A stretch of DNA of 63,274 nucleotides, filler included, from Dirinaria sp. TL-2023a (GCA_051941275.1; 10 parts of 10 records of this genome joined end to end with filler, not necessarily neighbours in it); one strand, 5' to 3'; positions 47,194-60,668 are shown, counted from the first letter of the whole stretch. Program-made: numbers and translations. The notes: a model not told the origin generated them from the letters alone.

Positions 47194-50100
47194 ATGGCTA
47201 CCACCACCAAGACTCGGGAGCGGAGACCCTCCACCAATGCTCCCATTTCAGAGCTTCAGGGGCCTGTAGGCCCTGACTTTACCAGGCCAAAGCACGCTCG
47301 TACATCCACCGGCTTCGGTGCTGCGGACATCAAGAACGTTGAGTCGAGTATACCGGAGGGTCAGAGAGATGCGTCAGTAAAGATCCTCCAATCCAATTGT
47401 GCTCAACTGATTTCTCTCCAGCTGGAAGAAACATGTTAGTTTGCAACAAGGTGGAGAGCGTGCACGTCGTTGACCCGCGGTACCAGTCAAAGCAAGGCTT
47501 CTCGACCAAGGAAGAGTTCGAAGTAGGCAAATTAACCAATCATTCAATTGAGCCATTGCTGACCTATGCATAGGATGAAGCCGTCCGCCATATCGAGACT
47601 ACCTTGGCCCGCTCGTTGTTCAATTGTGACGAGCTGTAAGACAAAGAGTCCCGATCTCTAAGTCCGTAACTGATCTTGGACAGGGCTGCCTATTCCGGCA
47701 CCGCGTTGGCTTTTCGGGACAGGCTCATCGTCGAATGGAACAGGACCCAGCAGAGGCAAACCTTTGCCGACCAAAAACGGGTGTACTGTGAGATAGGACG
47801 ATCCCCATACATTTCTTCACTGATTGGGCGATAGATCTCTCGTTGGAGTTTCTGATGGGCAGAGCTTTGGATAATGCCATGCTCAATGTGGGGTTGAAGG
47901 ACGTTGCAAGAGGTAGTCACCCGTCAAAAATAAGGGATCCGGATTGACGTTTCATAGATGGGCTTTCCGAGCTTGGATTCCGAATTGAAGACGTCATATC
48001 GCAGGAGCACGATGCTGCCCTCGGTAATGGCGGTCTCGGGCGGCTGGCTGCATGTTTCCTTGACAGTATGGCTACTTTAAATTACCCAGCGTGGGGGTAT
48101 GCTCTTCGCTACAGATACGGCATCTTCAAGCAGCAGATCATCGATGGGTTCCAGGTCGAGATCCCAGACTACTGGTTAGACTTCAATCCGTGGGAATTCC
48201 CTCGACATGATGTCACCGTCGAGATTCAATTCTACGGATATGTGAGGAAATATCAGTGAGCGAGCTTTCTGACGTTGCTCTTTCATCTACTGACCTCGTA
48301 GGGACGACAATGGCAAGCAGCGCGCTGCTTGGGAGGGCGGCGAGATTGTTGAAGCTACGGCATACGACGCTCCTATTCCTGGCTATAAGACGTCCACCAC
48401 AAACAATCTGCGGCTCTGGTCCAGCAAAGCTGCTTCCGGAGAATTCGATTTCCAAAAGTTCAACAATGGCGAGTACGAGAGCTCTGTAGGTGATCAGCAG
48501 CGTGCCGAGACTATATCTGCGGTCTTGTATCCCAACGACAACCTCGAACGCGGCAAAGAGCTGCGCCTGAAACAGCAATACTTCTGGTGCGCCGCGTCCC
48601 TGTACGACATCGTCCGCCGTTTCAAGAAATCACAGAAAGCCTGGTCCGCATTCCCGGACATGGTCGCCATCCAATTGAACGATACCCACCCAACCCTGGC
48701 AATTGTCGAGCTTCAGCGAATTCTCGTTGATATTGAGGGTCTGGAGTGGGACGAGGCTTGGAACATCGTCACCAACACCTTCGGCTACACCAATCATACA
48801 GTCATGCCGGAAGCCTTGGAGAAGTGGTCTGTTCCCCTGATGCAAAATCTGCTGCCTCGCCATCTTCAAATTATCTACGACATCAACATGAACTTCCTGC
48901 AAATGGTTGAGCGCCGCTTCCCCAAGGACAGAGACATGCTTTCTCGCGTCTCTGTCATTGAAGAAAGCCAGCCTAAGATGGTTCGAATGGCCTACCTCGC
49001 CACAATCGGAAGCCATAAGGTCAATGGAGTTGCGGAGCTGCATTCGGACCTTATTCGTACTACGGTCTTCAAGGACTTCGTCAGCATCTATGGTCCTGAC
49101 AAATTCACCAACGTAACGAATGGTATCACACCTCGCCGCTGGCTGCACCAGGCTAATCCTCGACTCTCTGACTTGATTGCCTCGAAGGTTAGTGGAGACG
49201 AATTCCTCACAGATCTTACTCTACTCAACAAGCTCGAAGCCTTCGCGGATGATAAGGAGTTTAAGAAAGAATGGTCCGAGATCAAATATGCCAATAAAGT
49301 CCGGCTAGCCCAACACATCGTGAACACGACTGGAGTGAAAGTCAATCCTAAGGCCCTCTTTGATATCCAAGTCAAGCGGATACATGAGTACAAGCGCCAA
49401 CAGCTCAACATTCTTGGCGTAATCCATAGATACCTTACCATCAAAGCTATGAGTGCTGAAGATCGGAAGAAACTCGCTCCCCGAGTTTCCATCTTTGGTG
49501 GAAAAGCAGCACCTGGATATTGGATGGCGAAGACGATCATTCACCTCGTGTGTAGTGTGGGCGAGGTAGTGAACAAAGACTCCGATGTTGGAGATTTGCT
49601 CAAGGTCATCTATATTGAGGATTACAATGTCAGCAAGGCGGAAATCATCACGCCTGCAAGCGATATCAGTGAGCATATCTCGACGGCGGGGACGGAAGCC
49701 AGTGGAACGAGTAACATGAAATTTGTGCTCAATGGGGGTTTGATCATTGGGACCTGCGATGGAGCGAACGTCAGTCGTCTCCATTCTATTGCGTTCCATT
49801 TCTCTTCTCTCCCTACTCATCCTCTCCACTCCTTTCCTTTCTCCCTCCTTTGCCTTGCACGGAATTAATACACAAGACCCCTACTAACCCACAGCATAGA
49901 TCGAAATAACGCGCGAGATCGGCGAATCGAACATCTTCCTCTTCGGCAACCTAGCCGAAGACGTCGAAGACCTGCGCCACGCGCACAATTATGGCGGCTC
50001 CTTCCAGCTAGACCCGGACCTGGCCAAAGTCTTCGACGCGATCAAAGGCGGCATGTTCGGCGACGCGAGCCGGTTTTCGGCCCTCTGCAACAGCATCATC

Positions 50101-50322
50101 GACCAGGGCGACTACTACCTCGTCAGCGACGACTTCAACAGCTACATCAAGACGCAGGATCTCGTGGATGAGGCGTACCGGGACCAGGAGGAGTGGGTGA
50201 GCAAGTGCATCACGAGCGTGAGCCGCATGGGGTTTTTCTCGAGCGATCGCTGCATTCAGGAGTACGCGGACATGATCTGGAATGTGGAGCCGCTCCCTCC
50301 GCCGACCACGACGACGAATTAG
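47194..50322 (+). CDS. GPH1: Glycogen phosphorylase (about 8 introns, including a 13-nt micro-exon 47422-47434)
   Basis: RERRPST N-terminus, [21 protein letters not shown]...[46 protein letters not shown]-lysine motif [10 protein letters not shown]. Confidence 0.97.
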
Positions 50323-50652
50323 AGGAAAGCATAACTAGAGGCATGATTGAAAACCATGGTCGAAGTAGAGGAGATTTGGAGCTAGAAAGAAGAAGAAGAA
50401 AAAGTTTAGAGCATTTGGAATAATTTTAATAGATCCATCCATCCATCCATCCTGTTCTCCTCCTTCCCCTTCATGGGACTTTTTTTCGTCCCGTTCAATT
50501 TCATACCCCACATACCTACCTACCTACCTTAGACCCCTCCCTCGATATTACTTAATCCATCCATAGAATCAGCCCGCTCAATCAATCTCAATCAATCATT
50601 ACACAAACCCCCCTTTCCCTCCCCCTAAACCAAAAGAAGAAGGAAAAAAAAA

Positions 50653-50752
50653 NNNNNNNNNNNNNNNNNNNNNNNNNNNNNNNNNNNNNNNNNNNNTTAA
50701 TTAATTAANNNNNNNNNNNNNNNNNNNNNNNNNNNNNNNNNNNNNNNNNNNN
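50653..50752. other. Artificial contig spacer
   Basis: N44-TTAATTAATTAA-N44. Confidence 0.99.
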
Positions 50753-51484
50753 GAAACGCGGGGTAGTTTTTTATGATTGATGTTTTCTCTGGGGGGGATA
50801 TATACTGGAATATATAAGGGGGGGCTTATTTTTTTTTTTGGAATGGAAAAAGGGGGAATTTAAAACATAAACTATGATCTGTTCTGATTCTTACCTTACG
50901 CATTGATCACAATTCACAGCCTTTACGGTGGGTCTGGTAGCATTGTCGTTATCTGTAATGCGTTTGAGGATTTCATTCGTGGTGGACGAGGAGGAAATGT
51001 GTATATATGTATGGGGTGGATATGAATCGCGTCTTTAGGATTTCGGTTAATTCCGGATTAAACGCCCTCCGCTTTGAACAGTGGAGGTTGGAACTTTGGT
51101 GGAGGATTGTATTGTCCTAATGTATGAGGGAGGAGAGTCTGCGAATGGAGATGTCAAATACCTGATGTATCGGCATACTTGTACTGAGAATTTCGAAAAA
51201 GTCAATACCAGGGGCATCGGGTTAGCTCAAGCTTCAATCATGCTTCAATCCCCCTTTCCCACAGATCTTGTCAAACCGGCGGCAATATCTTGGATGCAGC
51301 GAGTTCTTGCAATGTTATCCATTATGGCTCCCAGTTATTTTCTGAAATGGGTAGGAGGAGCGTGACGCAGAGCTACTCAAAATCCATTCTAGTGTCGTGT
51401 ATTCATGACGACTATGTACTATGGCGTGCATTTCTCAGCTTCGAATATCGTGCCTTCTTAATACCAGAGACCAAATTACATCCC

Positions 51485-51895
51485 CTATTGACGATCCGAA
51501 GACCCAGGGATGCAGCAGCATAGCCAGCCATACCAGTCACACTGCCCTTTGGGGCACCACGTCACCTGTACCTTGCTCTTCTTCTGCTGGCTTTGTGGCT
51601 TCTCACCGTTGTATGGGGTAGGATCGTTGGAGTATTGCATCTGTGACGTTCTTCTGTTAGTGCAAGTGTGCAAAGCGTCGAGGGCAAAGGTGAACCGTAC
51701 TGGAGGAGTGTTGTTGTAAACTTGGCCATTGGGTGGCATGGTAGCTTGAGGTGGGTAATAGCTGGAGAGTGTTAGCGAAATCCTCGAAAGACGTGTGATA
51801 TGAAATATCCGAGAGCCGTTGGTAATGCTGCTGCTGATGGTAATGAGGAGGAGAAAGAGGAGGACGTACGACTGCTGTGGATATTGTTGGGACAT
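51485..51895 (-). CDS. Small Q/P/Y-rich protein with Cys-rich C-terminus (CYSTM-like, ~80 aa); introns 51762-51869 and 51641-51700
   Basis: Two canonical introns (GTACGT..GCTAAC..CAG; GTACGG..ACTAAC..CAG) give MSQQYPQQSYYPPQATMPPNGQVYNNTPPMQYSNDPTPYNGEKPQSQQKKSKVQVTWCPKGQCDWYGWLCCCIPGSSDRQ*. Confidence 0.65.
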   Translation of the reverse strand: MSQQYPQQSYVLLFLLLITISSSITNGSRIFHITRLSRISLTLSSYYPPQATMPPNGQVYNNTPPVRFTFALDALHTCTNRRTSQMQYSNDPTPYNGEKPQSQQKKSKVQVTWCPKGQCDWYGWLCCCIPGSSDRQ

Positions 51896-53698
51896 CCTGA
51901 GATATAACGGCTCTGAGGTCCTCTTGCAAGATGGATTCGTAAATTTGCTTTGAGGTTGATGCTGGGAATTTGGATCAGAGTCGAAAAATCGGGATCGACT
52001 TTGAAGGTAAAGACATGCTCAAAGCGGGAGGGAGGGTCTTAGATGTGGATTCGAGCGTGAAGCTGACGCATTGTTTGGTTTCAACGGGTGTTGTACAAGT
52101 GGTGGAGACACTGCACTGAGCTGAGCCTGTCCATGTTTGATGAACATGACGATGACGGAGGCCTTATGATGCATCAACACATTGCTGACAGGGGCGATAA
52201 ACACATCTGTGCTGGCCTCCATGAGAGCTGGGGCTTCGGAGAAATCTGCCTGATGAGTGCGTCATCGACTGGGGCCGAGGCTATGCAAGGAGAAGCTGGG
52301 CCGCTTAATACGAGGTTCGATATGTGCATCTTCATTTCCACTGCGACGATGTTGTCGATCTGTTTCGCTTTCTACCTCGCTACGAGGCTGCCTGACCTCG
52401 CTTACGCAGATCAGCTTGCGCTGCCGCACAAACAATGCTCCGAAGACGAGATTAGATTACCAAGAAGAGCTAGCTGAATGCACTCTAGCGGGGCGCAGCT
52501 CGCTTACTTTACCTAATCCATTGTATGGCAGAACAAGCCAACTTCAATCGTATTTTCTCGTACTCATACCAGTCCATTCTTCTCTACTATGGCCAACTAC
52601 TACAATCCTCACGATGACCTGTTCTCCAGCAATGTGCATCTAAGAAGCTCGGCAGTATTCTTCAAATCCGCACAACTCTCAATGGGTTTTGACTCCAAGA
52701 CAACCATAGAGCGTCTGCCGTGTTTGCTGACTGTTGCTGAGCCGCTTTTCCCCATGTTTTACGCCCCACACCATCTTCTGATCCTCATCAGCTCGGACTC
52801 TCCTGATGTATTATCTCAGCACTGCCGCACTAAACGAGCCTCCCGTGCCATCTGTTTCTACTAACACGCGAACCGCAACAGCAGCCGGTGGAGCAGGTGG
52901 CCCAAACCAACACGCTCCCAACATGACGTCGGCTCGGCCCCTGAATTAAGGACTGCAAGCGGGAGACGATCTTATTGCTTGATTTAGCATCGAAATGCTT
53001 GGGGTCGATAGCCATGGACTTCTACACGGCTCACAGATCAGCCAGGTTTGGAGCCTCAGCCAGGTGAATATACATCCCCGGACTCCGCAAGATGAGCAAA
53101 CGGATCTCTTATACATTTCACGTCTATTTACGGGCTTCAGCAGTGTCGAATTGCAAATGGCCCAAGAGACAATTTGCCAGTATCGACATGGCTATGAGGC
53201 TGAAGGATGATACTTTCGGAATGCGGCCGTAGGATCATAATTCCTCGTTTTAGACCCCATCATCCGTGCCATGCGCAGGCCCCCACTTCCTTCATGGCTT
53301 CTATTCCTTCACCATGATCCTTTATTTTTCCTTCGATCTATTGCAAGGGAGTGGACTTTGGTGGTACCAATGCTTGAGCCGCCTTTGCTGAAGTTGGCGT
53401 AGATTGTGTGAAGGCCAATAAACTTAGCAGTTAACGGCATGGAATCCGTATTTGCCCTGGAATTATCCCCTGAGATTTCTCTATAGTCGGGCACAACTTC
53501 GGACATCTTGCAGAAACAGTCATAGGAAACATGGGCCTGATCAGCCTGGTATGAGATCAACAACTGTGTGACCACAAGTTCTCCATTATCGTGGCATCTG
53601 AGACTTTCACTGCCTTCATTATGTCCCTTGTTTGTTTGGCAATTTCTCGAAAGCAATTTGACACTGTCTTGCCATACGTTGGCAATGTCGAGGAAAAG

Positions 53699-53708
53699 GT
53701 ATATAAAT
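53699..53708 (+). promoter_or_regulatory. Putative TATA box of the secreted-protein gene
   Basis: GTATATAAAT about 165 bp upstream of ATG 53870. Confidence 0.45.
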
Positions 53709-53869
53709 GTCGGCAACCTTGAGCACTGGATTCGAACAATCGAAAAGTGTTCGCTAACCATCATTACCCTATCTTGATCATACAGTCATACGTTCGCTGT
53801 TTCTGAGCCTTACGTTCGCTGAACATTTAGACCTGCATTCTTAGCTACTCGACCTCAGAATATTACATC

Positions 53870-55859
53870 ATGTCATACTTAGCAATCGTGCTGGGGCTAA
53901 CCTCTATGGTTTTGGCTGGAGACGACCCCCAGCTCCTGAGCAGAAAGGGCCCAGACTATCGTTTCCCACATCTCACACCTGCCAGCGGGACTGGCGGGCT
54001 GCAAGGGGCGCCAACGGGCGCTTTTCCGACAGGAATCCCCTACCCTACCGGCCCTTTCTCAAGCATCTCAACCGGCACACCCGCCAAATCTTATAGTGCC
54101 AATGCCGCAATCCTGTCACCGATCGTTCCTGACAGCCAGGACACCACTCATCCGGACAACGTAATTCCGCAGAATCAGCATACTTTGCATTATGCGGGGA
54201 ACGGCAACCCTGGTGAGTATCAGGACCTCGATCTGGTTACATGCATCTAATCTTTGTTTCAGACTCAAGTCAACAAGGAACGCAGGCGCAGATCCAGTAT
54301 TCTTTCCAGCACCCATCAGTACCACTAGAGCATGTTGATTCGATCAACAACGTCCAGTGTCCATCGAACTCGGAGATCAGCTTCTCCTTCAGTAATTCGG
54401 ACATGTTCCAGAAAGCGATTGATTCCTGGCCTAAGCCTGGTTCGGACTTTGTCTTGATTGACGCTACTGAGGGCTGTGGAAAGTCCAACGAGCGTACTTT
54501 CTTCTACGTTGATGATTACACCACCGACAAGAGCGACCTCTCGGTGAAAGCAAAAGGGCGTATGTCATCTGGTAGTGATCCATCCATAGTCAAAGACTTC
54601 AATGTCAAGTGGCAACAGGGTAGTTCGCCTGCAGGTGCCACCTCCGTCGGCCCAACCGTCACAACAGCTCCAAATGCGGATAAGAGAGGACTATTCCACC
54701 ACCTTTCGTCCGAATTCCACAACAAGGAGACAGAGCTTGAGGGCCATCTTCCGACACTTAAGGGATCCGCATCTACAAAAATTAGTGTCAACGTGGCACC
54801 CACAGCTACCGATCCAAGCCCCTGGGGCCCTGCGAAGCAACTTGGTACAGTTGGTAAGTATCATTTGTGGTCAAGCGCTACATCTATAGAAAAGACTAAC
54901 GGCTTGCAGATGGTGTGACTCTTTTCTGCACGAACTGCGGCGCGAACGGCGGTCTGTCTATTTCGGGTTCAATCGAGGCCTCTGTGAAATCTCCTCATCT
55001 CAGAGGTGGTGCCGTTGATTTCGAAGCTTCAGCGTTCAACATCCCGATGGTTTTCGGATTCCAGGCGCAGAACGCTGCCTTAGGTCACAAAACATTCGAG
55101 TTGCCAGTCCTGCAAGTCGGTCTCGACCCATTTTCGGTGCCGGACGTTTTCACCATCGGCCCCTACTTCTCCCTGGGAGTCAACTTCGGGATCGCGCTCA
55201 GCGCATCTGGGAACCTCGAGGCGGGCGTCGTCATGACTTGGCCCGACGCGAAAGCCCATCTTGATCTGACCAACACGGACTCGGGTGCCTCGTCCAACAG
55301 CGGCTTCACACCGACCGTGCAGAAGACGTGGAACGCGTCGGACACTCAAATCGCCATCAACGGCACCCTGGGCGTGCCCATCTCCCTCGGTGTGGGGATC
55401 ATTATCGGCGACAAACTGTTCTCGCAGAACGCCAGTATCACCGACACCCCGCAAGTCGAACTCGACAGCATCTTCAACGTCCAGGGCAGCAACAACCACA
55501 AGCGGGCACATGCCCGGGAGCTCGCGGTTCGCCAGGACCCGGACCCGAAGTGCACGGCCGGCGTGCAGGAGATTGTCAAGTTCAACGATCTGGTCGGCAT
55601 CAATGTGCTGGATGTGTGGAAAACGGTGCTTGCGAGCTTCACGACGCAGGTGTTCAGCACATGCATTGAGACCGGCACGCCGACGGCGTCACACAGTACT
55701 ACTACGGCAGCCAGGAACAGTAGCGTTCCCGCTGTTGCTTCGACGGGGTTGAGAACCAGCCCTGCCCTTGCTACTGCGTACACGACTGGCGCACCGATAC
55801 ATCCTACGGGGACAGGGGCACCGATCAACCCCAGGCACTATCACTGGGCGAAAAAGTGA
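53870..55859 (+). CDS. Secreted/cell-surface beta-rich protein (DUF7029/DUF7223-like); introns ~54213-54262 and ~54854-54910
   Basis: Signal peptide MSYLAIVLGLTSMVLA, PTG repeats, LEH..V.C...FVLI...GC...ER.FF, LFCTNC, FSVPDVFTIGPYFSL, KR sites (DKR, HKR), S/T-rich tail. Confidence 0.75.
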
Positions 55860-56963
55860 ACCCTTTCTTTGTTTTTGAATTCCAGAGGTCTCCAACCTAG
55901 AAAGAAAGATAGGACGGTTTGGGGGGCATCGTTCTTTTGAAATTCGGCGTTGCTAGGAAGATGGCATCTGTATTTGTACTTGTACTCACAAAATTTCATC
56001 GCTAGACAATCTATTAAATCACCCTTTGATACGGCAGGCATGTAGTGTCTAGTATCTTCCTTCGCACTTGTGTGGTGGCGCTTTTGAATCATTCATCGAA
56101 ATACGGCTGCAGTTCAATATCAGAGATCTCCCCGTTTGTGCCTTAGCCGGTACCTGTACAGAACACACACATCGAACTATCTAAATCCATTCATCCATCC
56201 ATCCCAAAAAGAAAGAAAAAAAGAAAGTCAACCTGCCCCCTATTTCCCTTCCCCTTCCCAAGTTCCTTTGTTTCTAGTGTAACCTAGTGAAAGGTGGAAA
56301 ATTTAAAGGGGGGTTGGAAAAATTTGTTTGAGAGAGGGATTGGTTAATTGATTTAGGAGGGAGACTGAGATTATGTTTTTGTGTAGATTGTGTCAAGTGA
56401 AAATAGAAAAAAAACTTTTTTTTGGGGGTGGGGGGGGGAACCCCTAATGGAAGGAGAGAAGCGGAGTCTGTCATTATGGAATGTGTAAACAGACAAGAGA
56501 GGTTTTCAGATTTTTTTTTTACTTCTTTCTTTTGGAGGTGGAAAGCAGCAGGGGGAAGATTGCTTTTTTTTGTTTTTTTTTTAAGAGATGCGGGGTGTAA
56601 TGTCGCGGTGGGACTCGAGGCAGGAATCAGGAGTGTAGTATAGACGTTCGATTCGATTTCTTGCGATGTAAGGATTGGTGTGGATTATTGTATTTTATTT
56701 CATTTTATATTTTGAATTTTTCAAGTAGTGGAGAGGGGGAATGGAAGATGGACCAATGATTTGATTCCGTTGTGAGAGAACACAGAGATTATAGAATTTG
56801 AATTTGCCATAGAAGGGATGGTATGTATACTAGAGCGGCGGGGAAAAGAACGATAGGATCTGAGGGATTTTTGGAGTGATTAGTAGTAAGCGCTGTTGAG
56901 AAATGTTGTTAGGGGTTTAGGGGGTGGTTGTAGGGAATAGAGATTGAGCGATGGGGTGGGATG

Positions 56964-57063
56964 NNNNNNNNNNNNNNNNNNNNNNNNNNNNNNNNNNNNN
57001 NNNNNNNTTAATTAATTAANNNNNNNNNNNNNNNNNNNNNNNNNNNNNNNNNNNNNNNNNNNN
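56964..57063. other. Artificial contig spacer
   Basis: N44-TTAATTAATTAA-N44. Confidence 0.99.
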
Positions 57064-59341
57064 CCCCCCTCCCACTCCGCGCCCTCTTTCTTTTCCTCGA
57101 TCCCATCCCCAGCTCAATCTTCCGAGGCACAGCTGCATATCGCAATGGTTTCCGGAACACGATCGTAGGTCGGGCGGGCGTCGAGGCGAGTTCATCTGGT
57201 GAAAAGGACGGGAAGGTGATTCCATTCCTTGGAGGACTCGGGGCAGCAGCAGGCGTGGATGCTGAAGCTTGGACTTGAAGTGAGGATTTGGATCGGCTTT
57301 TTGGTGCTCCGGCTTCATTATTGGAGGGAAGGGGCCTGCGGTTTTGAGTTGAGGAGGAGGAGGAGGTGTGGAATGGAGGCGCGACAGGGGCGATGGACGG
57401 CTGCGCGAGGGTCGAGAGTTGATCGGGGCTTGAGGTGTCATATGCGTGAGTAGAGGTCGGCTCCCAGCTTGAGGATGCGTGGGCTAAGACGGATGATTGG
57501 TTGGAGCTTGGTTGGTAAGGCTCCGTAAAGGCGGATGAGGTATCGAAGAGTCGGGAACTTTGGCTCTTGAAGGGGTTTTCGGGCTCGTCGATGGTCCAGT
57601 CTTCGTGCGGGTCTGATGATCCGAAGACGAATTTGCGCCAGATGAGTTCTTCGTCTTCGTGCGTTGGAGTCTTTGGTTTTGGGGGAGCAGGTGGGATCGG
57701 GACTTGTTTCGAGGTCAGTTCAGGGCCTGGTGTTGGTGGTGGTGGTGGTGCTTCTTTTATCTCATGTATCTGATCGGTAGCTGGCTTGGTTGTTGCTAGT
57801 GGTGGCCAGCTATTCTGTGTTCTGTGTTTACATGTTGCATCATCTTCGACCATATACGGTTGCTCGTGACTTGAGCTTCCAAGGCTCCTAATGTCTTCCG
57901 TTGGCGAGGTATGCTGCACAAGATTCAACTTATGCGCCATTGCTTGGTTCAGAAGTAGATTGCGGCCAGAGGGAATCTCATGACTGGCGATGCTCCTTTG
58001 TTCTAATAAAGTATTTTTCTTGTCTGCAGTGAATGATCGGCTGGCCTGCCTGTCATGCACATGCAGAGTCGGTAGCTCTGGACCAGTTGAGGAATGTTCG
58101 CATGTAGCTTCACCTTCGGCAGCGCTGGATATCTCGATGGGTAAGTCTGACTTGCTCTCGAATATGAGTGGCAGTCCCGGGACGCTGGCCCAAGGCGAGT
58201 TTTCTAATCGTGGCGTACGTGTTGCCAAAGCTACTCTGTCCTTTATGTGCTTGAGTGGGCTAGCTGTTTTTATTTCTCTGGAGTCTGGATTTGAACGAGG
58301 CGTTATTATCTCACTTTCGTTCCATGGACTAAATCCTGCCCAGGAGGTCTGCAGAGACGCCGGTGTTGCTCTACCATCAGTCCACCGGTGATGCACAGCT
58401 CTTAATGATTGACCAGCATCGGCTTGAGAGAATCTACTACCGGAGAGCTTCTGCTGGCTATCGGTTGAAGCTTGTGTGGAAACTTCCCGATCAAAGAGCA
58501 TCTCGTCCGGCGTGCCACTACCGCGTTGATATTTTCTTTTCCCTGCTGCGCTTTGAAGATGTGCATAATCAGCAGGTCCTGATCGATCCGACTCCAAAGT
58601 AACACCTTCAAGGCTTGAGCTAGGCGGTCTGTAAGGGTGTTGCGGTCTGATATCCTCTAGCATCTCATCTATTCGGCGACGTTTGTTCGCTTGAATTTGC
58701 AAAGGTCCATGCTCAGCATTTGCCAACCGACGGCGCTTACCTATGAGGTTACGGTCGCTAGCCGTTGAAAATTTTATCTTTGGAGCCGTCCTTTTGGCAA
58801 GTCCGACCCAGTCACTCCTTCGGAGAAGTTCCTCTCGTGTTACTTCAAAATCACCTGCAGGTTCCACTTCATCTCGCATACGACTTAACGGTACTGGAGA
58901 ATAGTTGGAAGATCTGTTGGGGTTTGAAGGGGCGGGATGGTGTTCATATCCTACTTGCTGTGGCTGCGAAGTATGAGCTTCTGGAGCTCTAGCAGCTAAC
59001 GTATTTTGATGCCCTAGAGGCCCTTCACCCAATGGTCGCAGGATTTGACGTGGCTTGAGACTTTCTAGCCTTCGTACAGTCGGCGCCATATTCTCATAGT
59101 TGGCTAGTTTCGTCTGCGAATGGTGGTCTTTTCTTTGTACTTGGCGACTTCTCTCCCGATCTCTTGCATGATTGCGCAATGCGGCATCCTTGAATATCGA
59201 GGTGTCGAATTCGGGCGAGGAGCGAAGTACACCGGACTGCTTGCCGCGAACTTTGGCAAAATGCTTCTTCTGGGTATTCGTTAACGTTGCTTTGGCGTAG
59301 CCATTCCGTGACCTGGGCAAGGCGCCGCCAGTCCAATTCAT
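57064..59341 (-). CDS. Largely disordered protein with MNWTGG N-terminus (possible HEIP1/REDIC1 homologue), 3'-truncated
   Basis: Over 750-codon ORF; short ordered islands MNWTGG..QKKHFAKVR, REELLRRSDWVGL, IGKRRR, WRKFVFGS, IVFRKPLRY. Confidence 0.75.
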
Positions 59342-60668
59342 GGTTGGGAGTACCTAGAGTCAGCAGGATAGGAGCTTGGAAGTACAGGCTAGGCAAAGAA
59401 GATAGTGCGTGAAGTTCCGATGGAGATCTTATTGACAAGGATTCATTTCATTACTTGTGTAGCTTTAGGTCCTGTGCGGACGAGGGTAGTACCACTAGTA
59501 TAGGTTAACATGCCACGACGGGGAAAGCAGCGTAACAAACAGGTTCTTACAAAAAGAGCACAAATAGGAATGGAATGACTCTACCAAATTAGTAGGTCTA
59601 CGAGAATGGCATCTTAACAGTCTTTCTGGATACTACGAGTCTGTGAGCTTTCTAAAGCCCCAATTGCCTACTACAACCATATGACGAGCACGACTGATCC
59701 AGACTCTATAATGGACTTATCCCTTAGACCGCTTAGAGATCCATTCCAACTGTACCTTCAAAGGCCACGCCGTGATACGTGTCTCTGGCAGAACTTCCCT
59801 GCCAACATCCTTGACATCAATGATATGGCCGGGTCGTTGCAGTGCTCGACAAAGGCATCGCTCATTTCAATGGCACCGCCAAAAGCGCCTGGCCTATTGC
59901 ACTATGGTTTCAGGAAAGCCATTGGCAATGGAAGTTGCTTGACAGCCATTAGCCTCTTGAGATTAGTATCTGCTTTAGCCGTTGGCGGCATAATAAATAT
60001 ACCTAACCACTGTACATCACAAATGCCTCGCCACACACGAATGTGCGCGAAGACTACTTGTTAGTGCCAATATTGGAGGGGGTCACTTGAGAATGCGCAG
60101 GTTTTGACAGATGGGACGTTCTCGCAAAGCTGGTTCACCAAACCTATTCTGCCCAAGCTTGAAGCTAATGTTTGATTCGATTCGAGCTCAGCGCATGTTT
60201 CGTGTGCGGCACAGCAAACTGATCCTAGATTAAATCTGTCAGCCGCAGTAATGAAAGCTTCTTTACAAGACAGGCATGGAGCATGACCGGATAAATTCGA
60301 AATGGAGCGTAAGCATTGATTTGAGCCTATCGCATGTTGAAAATAAGCCTATTAGGCGCAGATTGATAGAAGAGGAAACCTTTGTATCGTTTCTTCGCTG
60401 GAAGACCAACGTGAATTAACGAGAATAATGGCCTTGATAGGGGCATACGTACAATACTCGTGTACACGCAATTGAAGTAGCAGCAACATCAGAACCATAG
60501 GACACGTCTTCCATGGCACAGTAAACCGCCCTGCTCGCTTCAGCAGACGAGCGCGCCTTTCTCGATCATGCAAGCGACAACATCTCCCGAACTCCACGCC
60601 TTGGGGATATCATATGTGGATAGCGCTGCTAAAAAGGCAGTCCAGGTACTCCGAAACTCCAAAAGGCA

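Noticed and set aside
52000..53780. Several 60-150 aa ORFs between the Cys-tailed gene and the secreted protein
   Set aside because: Overlapping and motif-free; best read as divergent promoter DNA.
6272..57063. Regularly spaced TTAATTAATTAA palindromes resembling a repeat array
   Set aside because: Each sits in a fixed N44/N44 pad; it is a six-frame-stop assembly linker.
59400..60650. 127-aa and 81-aa ORFs between the MNWTGG gene and the copper-fist TF
   Set aside because: No recognisable motifs, splice structure or codon bias.
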